From the NCBI GenBank assembly GCA_043736195.1, contig JAYTDE010000169.1, forward strand, positions 1 to 29,560: DNA of 29,560 nucleotides, read 5' to 3'. The position numbers and the translations under genes were made by a program. The notes under the pieces were generated by a model, which was not told where the DNA came from, did no database searches, and saw nothing but the letters and a program-made list of their open reading frames with translations. This DNA comes from Burkholderiales bacterium (GTDB taxonomy: Bacteria; Pseudomonadota; Gammaproteobacteria; Burkholderiales; JAEUOS01). The stretch's first letter is position 1; each line of letters begins with the position of its first letter. Shown here in pieces: positions 1 to 8,800 of the stretch.

Positions 1-759
1 ACCGGCGCCGCCTTCGGCCGGGGTGACATATTTCGGCGGCACCGGCAGTTGGTCGATCACGTGTTTCACGTTGGCCACACCGATGGTCAGCGGAAAGAAC
101 TCGAACATCGCCGCATCGTTGGCCGAATCGCCGATGAATAGCCATTGATCGCGCGTGTCGTCAAGGTTCTCCCCCCATAACTCCGCGGCCACGATGCGGG
201 TCATGGCCAGCTTGTCGTAGTCGCCAAAATAGGCGTTGATGTGGATCGAACTCACCTTGGTGGTCATGCCGCGCCTGCGCACCATGGCGCGAATGTCGTT
301 CACCACCGGGTCCGGCAGGCGCGACCCCTTGGCGTTGCGCAGTTCTATGGCGAGGTCAAGCTCGCGATAGGGCTGGTCCGACGACAGGAACACCCCCGGA
401 AACTCCGCCAGCACGGAATCGCGCGCGGCTTCCATCATCTGGCGCTTCTCGGCGCGGGTCTGTTCATCGAACCAGAAGCGCCGCTTGAGCTTGCCGGTTT
501 CGCGGTCGATGTGAAAATAGAAGGCCCCGCCTTCGCCGATCACCGCATCGACATTCCAGGCACGCGCGATGTGGTCACACCAGCCAGCCGGGCCACCGGT
601 AACAGGCACCACCTTGATGCCGGCACGGATCAGTGCTTCGACGGCGCCCAGCGCCTTGGCCGTAAGGCGGCCGTGGGTGGTGATGGTGTCGTCGACATCG
701 GTGAATACACCGCGGATGCGTTTGAGCCGGGTTTTGGGGATGGCGCTAAGCGGCTTCAT
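1..759 (-). CDS. HAD-IIB family hydrolase (3' end runs off the window start)
   Basis: Not in the ORF track; translated by hand from ATG at 759: MKPLSAIPKTRLKRIRGVFTDVDDTITTHG...VVPVTGG...WLFIGDSANDAAMF. Shows HAD motif I (DxDxT), motif II (TG) and motif IV (GDSxND). The ATG overlaps the glpD TGA (ATGA). The frame stays open to position 1. Confidence 0.85.
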   Translation of the reverse strand, partial: MKPLSAIPKTRLKRIRGVFTDVDDTITTHGRLTAKALGAVEALIRAGIKVVPVTGGPAGWCDHIARAWNVDAVIGEGGAFYFHIDRETGKLKRRFWFDEQTRAEKRQMMEAARDSVLAEFPGVFLSSDQPYRELDLAIELRNAKGSRLPDPVVNDIRAMVRRRGMTTKVSSIHINAYFGDYDKLAMTRIVAAELWGENLDDTRDQWLFIGDSANDAAMFEFFPLTIGVANVKHVIDQLPVPPKYVTPAEGGAG

Positions 760-2288
760 CTTGTTTTTGCCTCGACATAGGCGCCAACCTTGTCACGGTC
801 GGTCGCATTCATCATCAGTCCGGTCTTGCTGCGACGATACAACACGTCCTCGCCGCTGCAGGCCCATTCCGTAGCGAGCATATGGTCGATTTCGCGAGCA
901 TACAGCCCGGCGCCGAAATGCGTGCCCAAATCGTCGATCGTTCGGCAACCGGCAAGCCAGCCGTAAGCCAGGCTGCCATGGCGGTGTGCGATAGCGGCCA
1001 AGTGATCCTGAGGAACGAAGGCGAAGGTACGGCCAAGCTCGGCCAGCAACCCGCTCATGCCGCCATCCAGGTCACCGCCCGGCAGCGGTGCGGCATGGGT
1101 CCAGGGCAGACCCATGGCGGGAAAATGGCCCTGCAGATGTTCGAGCGCATGCTCGGCCAGCTTGCGATAGGTGGTGAGCTTGCCACCGAACACACTCAAT
1201 ACCGGCGCGCCATCAACCCTGCCATCACGCAGCACATAGTCACGTGTCACCGCGGCGGCTTCGCCTGCGCCATCGTCATACAAGGGGCGCACGCCGCTGT
1301 AGCTCCACACCACATCGCCCGGTGTCACCGCGCGCGCGCTATAGCGGCTGGCCATGTCGCACAGGTATTCGGTTTCGGCCTCCGAGATGGCCGGATGCTC
1401 GAATTCTTCAACCGCAACGTCGGTGGTGCCGATCAACGAAAACTTCCCGAGATAGGGAATGATGAAGATGATGCGGTTGTCCGGATTTTGCAGGATGTAG
1501 GCATGCAGGCCGTCGTACAGGCGCGGCACCACGATATGCGAGCCCTTCACATGCTTGATTTGCGCCGTTTCCACCACGCCTTCGATGCCTTCGAGCACGC
1601 GTTTCACCCAAGGTCCGGCGGCGTTCACGATCGCCCTGGCCGTCAAGTGATGCGCGGCCCCGTCGACACAGTCGGTCAGCCGCACCTGCCACATGCCATC
1701 CGCGACGCGCGCGGACTCAAAACGCATGCGTGTCGCGATCGCAGCACCCAGATCGGCAGCGCTGCGCGCATTCAAGACCGTCAGGCGTGCATCATCGACA
1801 CGCGCGTCAAAATACGAAAAACCATGCACATAGCCCGGCTTCAGGCCGGCGCCCAGCGGCGTGCCCGCCAGGCGCTCGCTGCGCGATTTCGGCAAAATGG
1901 TTTTGCCACCCAGGAAGTCGTAGAGGAACAGCCCGGCCCGGATCATCCAGCGCGGCCGCAGATGCGGCTCGTGCGGCAGCACGAACTGCAGGGGCAGGGT
2001 CAGATGCGGCGCCGCCTTGAGCAGCACTTCGCGCTCGCGCAAAGCCTCGCCCACCAGGCGAAATTCGTAGTACTCGAGGTAGCGCAGCCCACCGTGGATG
2101 AGCTTGGTGCTCCACTGCGAGGTCGCCGAAGCCAGATCGCCCTGTTCGACCAGCGCCACCGAGAGGCCGCGACCAGCAGCGTCGCGCGCGATGCCGCAGC
2201 CGTTGATGCCCCCGCCGATGACCAGCAGGTCGACCGGACCAATGTTTGACGTCCGGCTTGAGGGCCGGAGGGAAGAAAAGGGTCGCAC
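756..2288 (-). CDS. glpD: FAD-dependent glycerol-3-phosphate dehydrogenase
   Basis: ORF 756..2348 contains DLLVIGGGINGCGIARDAAGRG, STKLIHGGLRYLE, VKGSHIVVP, SGVRPL and GGKLTTYRKLAE. The start is uncertain; the GTG at 2288 was chosen as the nearest plausible start upstream of the FAD-binding motif. Confidence 0.93.
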   Translation of the reverse strand: MRPFSSLRPSSRTSNIGPVDLLVIGGGINGCGIARDAAGRGLSVALVEQGDLASATSQWSTKLIHGGLRYLEYYEFRLVGEALREREVLLKAAPHLTLPLQFVLPHEPHLRPRWMIRAGLFLYDFLGGKTILPKSRSERLAGTPLGAGLKPGYVHGFSYFDARVDDARLTVLNARSAADLGAAIATRMRFESARVADGMWQVRLTDCVDGAAHHLTARAIVNAAGPWVKRVLEGIEGVVETAQIKHVKGSHIVVPRLYDGLHAYILQNPDNRIIFIIPYLGKFSLIGTTDVAVEEFEHPAISEAETEYLCDMASRYSARAVTPGDVVWSYSGVRPLYDDGAGEAAAVTRDYVLRDGRVDGAPVLSVFGGKLTTYRKLAEHALEHLQGHFPAMGLPWTHAAPLPGGDLDGGMSGLLAELGRTFAFVPQDHLAAIAHRHGSLAYGWLAGCRTIDDLGTHFGAGLYAREIDHMLATEWACSGEDVLYRRSKTGLMMNATDRDKVGAYVEAKTR

Positions 2289-2568
2289 CCTACCAATTAT
2301 GCGCCCGGCACAATCCCTGCAATCGGCGGAACAAGAGTGCTGGCGCACTTGTAAAACCAGGTTAAGCCCGCGCCACCGGCAACCAATTCACCCCACAGGT
2401 AGGCCATAATCATGGATTCGGCCTGAAACCGCCTGGGCTTTAGAACCGTAGTTGGATGACGGGCTTGCAAAACGAGATTTGCGGCTCGCTGCGCCACCGA
2501 GACATCTGCAAGTGCCGGTTCTGCGCTTTTTGCAGCGTGAGCCGACGTGATCTTGCGGAAGGGATGCC

Positions 2569-4653
2569 ATGATTTCACGCGTTTTCGTGCTTGCCGTTGC
2601 AACCCTTGCATTGTTGGGCGCAGGCTGGGTGGCGGCCGCACCGGTGCAAGCCGACAATGCCGAAGCGGAACTGATCGCGCGCGACCTGGCGCTGGCGCCG
2701 GGCGAAGCGGCCATCATTGGGCTACGCATCAAGCACGACCCGCACTGGCACACCTACTGGCTGAACCCCGGTGACTCCGGTATGCCCACCACCATCCAGT
2801 GGAAGCTTCCCGCCGGCATCAAGGCCGGGCAGATCCAGTGGCCGGTGCCCAAGCGCATACCGGTGCCACCAATGATGAATCACGGCTTCGAAGGCGAAAT
2901 CGTTCTGCCGGTCGAGATTCGCGTACCCAAGGACTGGCCGGCCGGCCAGGAAGCCAAGCTGGCCGCGCGCGCCGACTGGCTGATCTGCAAGGACGTCTGC
3001 ATACCCGGCGGCGCTGATTTGACCCTGAGCCTGCCGGTGGTTGCCGCCAGCCCGGCCCCCAACCTGCAATGGAAGGCCCTGTTCGAAGCGGCGTTTGCCG
3101 GCATGCCGGGCGGCAAGGTCGAAAAGGCCAGCGCCAGCACCGCAGGTGGCGTCATCACCCTGAAGCTGGAAGGCGTCAAGCCGCTGCCCGGACGCGAAGT
3201 TTTCGCGCTCTCGACCATCGAGGGCCTGGTTGAATCGGCGGCGCCGCAAACGGTCAAAGAAGACGGTGGGGCGACCGTCATCACGCTGGCGGTCACGAGC
3301 AATCTTTCAGCCAGCGAGCCGCGCATCAGCGGCGTGGTGATTGGCGTGGCCGAGCGCGCCCTCAGCTTCGAAGCGCCCATGAGCGGCAAGATCGTGGCCG
3401 GCAAGGGCATGGACGAACCGCCGGCCAAGGGCGCCAAACCTGCCGGCGCAGCGGGCGGGGAAGAACTTTCGCTGGCGCTGGCAATCGTGTTTGCGCTGTT
3501 TGGCGGCCTGATCCTGAACCTGATGCCTTGCGTATTCCCCATCCTTTCGCTCAAGGTGCTGGGCTTCGCCCGCGGCGGCGGCACCGTGGCGATGCGCGCC
3601 AATGGCCTTTCCTTCGCCGCCGGCGTGGTGCTTTCGTTCATCGCCTTGGCCGCGGTACTGCTCGGCTTGCGCGCCGCCGGTGAAGCGGTGGGCTGGGGCT
3701 TCCAGCTGCAATCGCCGCTGGTGGTCACCTTCCTGGCGCTGCTGTTTTTCGCGCTCGGACTGAACCTCTCGGGCGTGTTCGAATTCAGTTCGCTGTTGCC
3801 ACAATCGCTGGCTTCGGCCAGCTTCGAGCATCCGGCCGTCGATTCGTTCTTCTCAGGCGTGCTGGCTGCCGTTGTCGCCTCGCCGTGCACCGCGCCATTC
3901 ATGGGCGCGGCGCTGGGCTATGCGGTCACGCAAAACCCGTGGACCGCGCTGGCGGTGTTCGGCGCGCTCGGCTGCGGCATGGCCGCGCCCTACATTCTTC
4001 TGGCCTGGTTTCCGGGCTGGCTCAAGCGCTTGCCCAAGCCCGGTCCGTGGCTGGCCAAATTCAAGCAACTGCTGGCCTTTCCGATGTATGCGACGGTGGT
4101 CTGGCTGGCATGGGTGCTGTCGCTGCAGATCGGACCCAATGCGATTGTGTGGCTGGGCGCGGCGATGGTGTTGATAGCGCTCGGCACCTGGCTTCTGGGG
4201 CAGACCACCACCGCCCGCTGGCGCTTCGGTGCCGCACTCATCATCGCCCTGGGGCTGTATGCCGCCTGGCCTACCGGTGAGACCGTTGCCGCCGGCAATT
4301 CCACATCCAAAGCGGACGGCTGGGTGCCCTTTGCGGCGGCCGACATCGCGGCCTTGAATGCCGCCGGTACGCCGGTGTTCGTCGACTTCACCGCCGCCTG
4401 GTGCGTGACCTGCCAGGTCAACAAGAAGGTGGTGCTCGAAACCAAAGCCGTGCGTGCGGCCTTTGCCGCCAAGTCGGTCAAGCTGATGCGTGCCGACTGG
4501 ACCCGGCGCGATCCGGTAATCACCGCGGCGCTGGCCGAATTCGGGCGCAACGGGGTGCCGGTCTATGTGCTCTACGCGCCCGGCAAGCCGCCAGTGCTGT
4601 TGCCGGAAATTTTGTCGGAACGAATCGTCACCGACGCGCTCAAATCGCTTTGA
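2569..4653 (+). CDS. dsbD: DsbD/ScsB-type thiol:disulfide interchange protein
   Basis: Signal-peptide-like N-terminus; N-domain Cys pair (LICKDVCIPG); transmembrane domain with LNLMPCVFP and ASPCTAPFMG; C-terminal thioredoxin domain FTAAWCVTCQVN. Confidence 0.92.
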   Translation: MISRVFVLAVATLALLGAGWVAAAPVQADNAEAELIARDLALAPGEAAIIGLRIKHDPHWHTYWLNPGDSGMPTTIQWKLPAGIKAGQIQWPVPKRIPVPPMMNHGFEGEIVLPVEIRVPKDWPAGQEAKLAARADWLICKDVCIPGGADLTLSLPVVAASPAPNLQWKALFEAAFAGMPGGKVEKASASTAGGVITLKLEGVKPLPGREVFALSTIEGLVESAAPQTVKEDGGATVITLAVTSNLSASEPRISGVVIGVAERALSFEAPMSGKIVAGKGMDEPPAKGAKPAGAAGGEELSLALAIVFALFGGLILNLMPCVFPILSLKVLGFARGGGTVAMRANGLSFAAGVVLSFIALAAVLLGLRAAGEAVGWGFQLQSPLVVTFLALLFFALGLNLSGVFEFSSLLPQSLASASFEHPAVDSFFSGVLAAVVASPCTAPFMGAALGYAVTQNPWTALAVFGALGCGMAAPYILLAWFPGWLKRLPKPGPWLAKFKQLLAFPMYATVVWLAWVLSLQIGPNAIVWLGAAMVLIALGTWLLGQTTTARWRFGAALIIALGLYAAWPTGETVAAGNSTSKADGWVPFAAADIAALNAAGTPVFVDFTAAWCVTCQVNKKVVLETKAVRAAFAAKSVKLMRADWTRRDPVITAALAEFGRNGVPVYVLYAPGKPPVLLPEILSERIVTDALKSL

Positions 4654-4676
4654 ACTTTTTTCAGGAAGTGGCCATC

Positions 4677-5279
4677 GTGTTGCATCTGCGTACTCTGATC
4701 AGCGTTCTCGTCTTTTCATTGGGTTCCAGCGCCTTCGCTGCGGCCCCGCCCGGCCAGATGGCACCGAATTTCAGCTTGCCCACCACCGACGGCAAGACCA
4801 CCAGGCTCGCCGATTTCAAGGGCAAATGGGTGGTGCTTGAATGGGTCAATCCCGGTTGCCCGTATGTGCAAAAGCACTATGTCAGCAAGAACATGCAGGC
4901 CCTGCAAAAAGAGGGCGACGGCAAGGGCGTGGTGTGGCTGGCGGTGAATTCGACCAACCCATCACACCAGGATTATCTGAAGCCGGCAGCCATGGGCAAC
5001 TGGATGAAGGCCCAGGGCGGCACACCACGCGCCACCTTGATGGATGAGGGTGGCGACACCGGCCGCGCCTATTCGGCGCGCACCACGCCACAGATGCTGC
5101 TGATCAATCCGGATGGAAAAGTGGTCTACAACGGCGCCATCGACGACAAGCGCTCCTACAACCCGGAAGATGTCAAGACGGCCAAAAATCACCTGCGCGT
5201 CGCGCTCGACGAATCGCTGGCCGGCAAACCGGTGAGCACGGCCAGCACCGCGCCCTACGGCTGTTCGGTCAAGTACTGA
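4677..5279 (+). CDS. Exported redoxin / AhpC-TSA-like thioredoxin-fold protein
   Basis: Part of ORF 4401..5279; GTG at 4677 with AGGAA upstream (start approximate). Signal peptide followed by APNFSLPTTDGK, VVLEWVNPGCPYVQKHY, YNGAIDD and C-terminal YGCSVKY. Lies directly behind dsbD. Confidence 0.85.
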   Translation: MLHLRTLISVLVFSLGSSAFAAAPPGQMAPNFSLPTTDGKTTRLADFKGKWVVLEWVNPGCPYVQKHYVSKNMQALQKEGDGKGVVWLAVNSTNPSHQDYLKPAAMGNWMKAQGGTPRATLMDEGGDTGRAYSARTTPQMLLINPDGKVVYNGAIDDKRSYNPEDVKTAKNHLRVALDESLAGKPVSTASTAPYGCSVKY

Positions 5280-5292
5280 TCGTTGAATAAGC

Positions 5293-5361
5293 GGCGGCGC
5301 CCGGAAATCGCGGGCACCGCCTGCAGGTCGCAGTGATCGCGGCCACGTGCCGGTGGTCGCG
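5293..5361. terminator. Two GC-rich hairpins between the convergent redoxin and NIPSNAP genes
   Basis: GGCGGCGCCCG (5293-5303) pairs with CGGGCACCGCC (5311-5321) with one mismatch. CGCGGCCAC (5338-5346) pairs with GTGGTCGCG (5353-5361) with one G-U pair. No strong U-tract. Confidence 0.35.
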
Positions 5362-5393
5362 CACGCGGCGGCCGGCGCAGCCACCGCAAGACC

Positions 5394-5720
5394 TTACTTG
5401 AGTTTCGAGTAGCTGGTCGGCGCCAGAATGCTGCTTTCGAGGTGCGCGACGATTTGCCCATCCTTTTCGCTTTCGGCGCGTTTGGCATGCCACTCGGGAT
5501 CACTGGCGAACGCGGTCCATTTCTTCTCGCGCTCGGCCAGGCTTTCCCAGGCCAGCATGTAGGTCAGCTTTTGATTGCTGTCGCCGATCAGGTCGGTCCA
5601 GAAACCGACCTGGCGAATACCGTGTTTCTTCCACAGCTTGAGCGTAGTGCCCTCGAAGCGCTTGTTGAGCGCGGGCAGGCGGCCCGGAATGCAGTGGTAA
5701 ATGCGCATTTCATACAGCAT
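5394..5720 (-). CDS. NIPSNAP family protein
   Basis: MLYEMRIYHCIPGRLPALNKRFE...GFWT...LTYMLAWESLAERE..W.AF..DP.W is a typical NIPSNAP pattern; AGGAG RBS upstream on the minus strand. Confidence 0.88.
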   Translation of the reverse strand: MLYEMRIYHCIPGRLPALNKRFEGTTLKLWKKHGIRQVGFWTDLIGDSNQKLTYMLAWESLAEREKKWTAFASDPEWHAKRAESEKDGQIVAHLESSILAPTSYSKLK

Positions 5721-5821
5721 TGCTTCTCCTTGTTTTAGGCTGGGTCCGCAGCGGATGAGCGAACGCCCGGCGCATCGTAACAGCCACTGGTGGCGCGCCG
5801 CGGGTGCGACAATTCCGAACC

Positions 5822-8800
5822 ATGAAAAAATCGTCTGATAAAACGCAAGTAATGATCACCACCGTCGGCGGCAAGACCATGACCGCCGCGGACTGGATGC
5901 GTAAAGCCAAACGCAACGCGGTCACCGTCGAAGCGGTCCCGGTCCCGGCCGCGCCGCCGCCAAAGGCTGATCCCGCATCGCAAGCGCGCGACATCGAAGC
6001 GGTATTCGACGCGTTGGTTGTGGGCGGCTGCCCGCGCGGCAAGACTTGGGTGATGAATTTCCTCAAGGCATCCGGCTATCGCCACGCGCGCGGCACCTTG
6101 TTGTCGAACACCGAGGTGACGCTCGCACTGCAACAGCTGGTCGCCGACGGGCGCATCGGGCATGAGGAAGGCTTCGGATTCGACGTTCCGCAAGAGTCCC
6201 GTGGCGCGCGGCTGCCGACCCTGCTGATGGGCGAGCATGCCGCGGTGTTGTGGCGCTGGTCGCTGTGGGCCGCCGGCCCGGCTTACGGCGAGCCGGATGC
6301 CTTGCCCGCCTGGGTGCATTTTCGCAGCCGTGACGAGATGGTCGCAGTCACGCGCCTGGTGCTGTATGGCGGCGGTTTGAGTCTGCCCGCGTATGCGCGC
6401 CTGTCGAACAGCACGTTGCGCGCGGCCGCCGAACGCGGGGTTCTCATGCGCGCGCTGACCGAACCGTTCATGCCGGACTTGTTCGAGCGCATCGACGGCG
6501 CCTTGCGGCTTGAATTGATCAACACCATCGACCCGCTGGAAGGGAATGTCGGCGCCGCGCCGCTGTATGCCTGGATTGGCGCCTGGATCGACCGCGCGCC
6601 TGCAGAAGTACCGCTGCATCTGTGCTACCGCGTGATCGAAGCACGCATGCATGCGCTCGATCTGCCCGGCATGCAGGCAGCGCTGGCGATCCACGCGCGC
6701 ACCCCGGTGCACGATCTGTTTGGCGCGGCCGAAGCAGTGCTGGCCGGCCGCTGGCCCGAGGCTGCGGCGGCGTTCGCCGCGGCCTACAAGACACTACTGA
6801 CGAGCGCCGGCGTGCGGCGCGCTGCGGCGCCGATGGGGTTGGTATGGATTTACCTGGTGGCGCTGATGGCCCAGCACGCCCCGGCGGCGTGGACTGTGGC
6901 ACGCAAGTTCGCGATCACCGAATCGGGCTCGCGCAAGCCCTCGGTGCACGACGTCTGGGGTCGCTGGGCACACGCCGCCGCCGTGCGCCTGGGCGACGAG
7001 ACGCTCGATCCCGAAGCGTTCGCGCCGCGCAAGACCGAATATGAGGATCTCCATTTCGGCAACCCGGTAGATGCGGCACATCGTCTGCTGCTGGCCGCAT
7101 GGCTGGCACTACCCGCCGGCGCCTGGACCGCGACCCACGTCTCCTGCCTGCTGGAAACCTTGGTCGAGACCCGCCGTTACTGGCTGGCCGCGCTGGTGGC
7201 CCAGGCCTGCGTGCGCTTGCAGCAGGGACCTCTGCCTTACAAATTGACGCTGCCACCGAACTTGCCGCAACCGGCCGCGGTATTCGGTGCCACGCGCGAA
7301 CCCTGGCGCGACGCCCTGGCGGCGATCACCGCGCTGGGCGAGGGTGCTGCCGCGGCCAAGCCTGGTGCCCAGGAAAGCACCACGCTGGTTTGGCAGTTGC
7401 ACCTCGATTCAGAAGGGCGCATCGAGGGTGTGGTGCCTTTCGAGCGTACCCGAGGCGCGCGCGGCTTCGGCCAACCCAGGGAAATCAGCCTTGCCCGGGT
7501 GAAGAAACACCCGCGCCTGGATCCGCGCGACGCCGCCGTGGCGCGCGCCATAGACAGTGAACGCGGCAGCGCGCAGCTGTGGATCGACCCGGTGGCCGCG
7601 GTGCAGGCGATGGTGCAGCATCCAACTCTGATGTTTGCCGATGCACCGGGGCAATGGGTGGAGTTGAGCGAAGCACTGCCGGCGCTGGAAGTGCGCCGGC
7701 GCAGCGCCACCACAGCCGGCGACGCGGCAACCTTAGGAGCCGGGCACAAGCCACAAGACAGCGCGGGCGACAGCTTCGTATTTCGCATCGATCCACCTCT
7801 GTTGGCCAAAAGCGAACCGGCGGCCATCAGGTACTTGCGCGCGCGCAGTTACGAAGAAGCGGTGGAGCGGCAAAACAGCGTGCGCATCGTGCGCGACACG
7901 CCGGACCGTGCGCGCCTGATTCGCATTACCGCCGCGCAACGCCGGGTGGCGGAACTGATCGCCAAGGACTGGGCGGTGCCGGTGGATGCCAGGGAGGAAC
8001 TGGACGCCGCGTTGCGCGTGTTGTCCGGCCATTTTCAGTTACACAGCGATGCCGCGGCCGGTGAGGAAGTGCCGGGCGAAGCACGCCTGCGCGCGCAATT
8101 GAGCCCGCTGGGCGACGGCCTGCAGCTGCGCCTGGTGGTGATGCCCTTCGGCAGCTTCGGCCCGGCGGTGGCGCCGGGCGCCGGGCGTGAACGCCTGATG
8201 ACCCTGCATCAGGGCCTGAGCCTGACCACGCAGCGCGAACTGGCGCTCGAAGTGGCGCATTGGCGCGCGGTGGTCGAGGCACTGCCGTTTCTGGATGACG
8301 GCAGCGCGCCCGACGCCGGTTGGCTGCTGGATGATCCGGAGCAGGCGTTGCGGGTGGTCGAGGTGCTGCCGGGCTTGCCGGCAGTGGCGGCACTCGACTG
8401 GCCGCGCGGCAAGCCACTGCGCGTGGTGACAGTCGACAGCGCTTCCCTGGGCGTACAGGTCACCTCCGGCCGCGACTGGTTCGCCCTGGAGGGCGAGGTA
8501 AGGGTGGATGAAGCACGGGTGCTGAGCCTCACGCGCATGCTGGAACTGGCGCGTGAATCGAAGAGCCGCTTTGTGGCGCTGGGCGATGGTGAGTACCTGG
8601 CCTTGAGTGAACGCCTGCGGCGGCAACTGGCGGACCTGCAGGCCGCAGGCCGCGCGGACAAGGAAACGCTCAAGCTGCCACTGGCCGCCGCCGCCTGGCT
8701 CGACACCAACCTCGAGGGCGCAAACATCGGCGGCGACAGCGCCTGGCGCCGCCGCATCAGCGCTCTGGCCGGCGCGGCGGCGCTGGAACCAGTAGTCGAA

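Noticed and set aside
241-2249. Long plus-strand ORFs 241..780 and 882..2249
   Set aside because: Antisense shadows of the HAD hydrolase and glpD, typical of high-GC DNA; no recognisable motifs.
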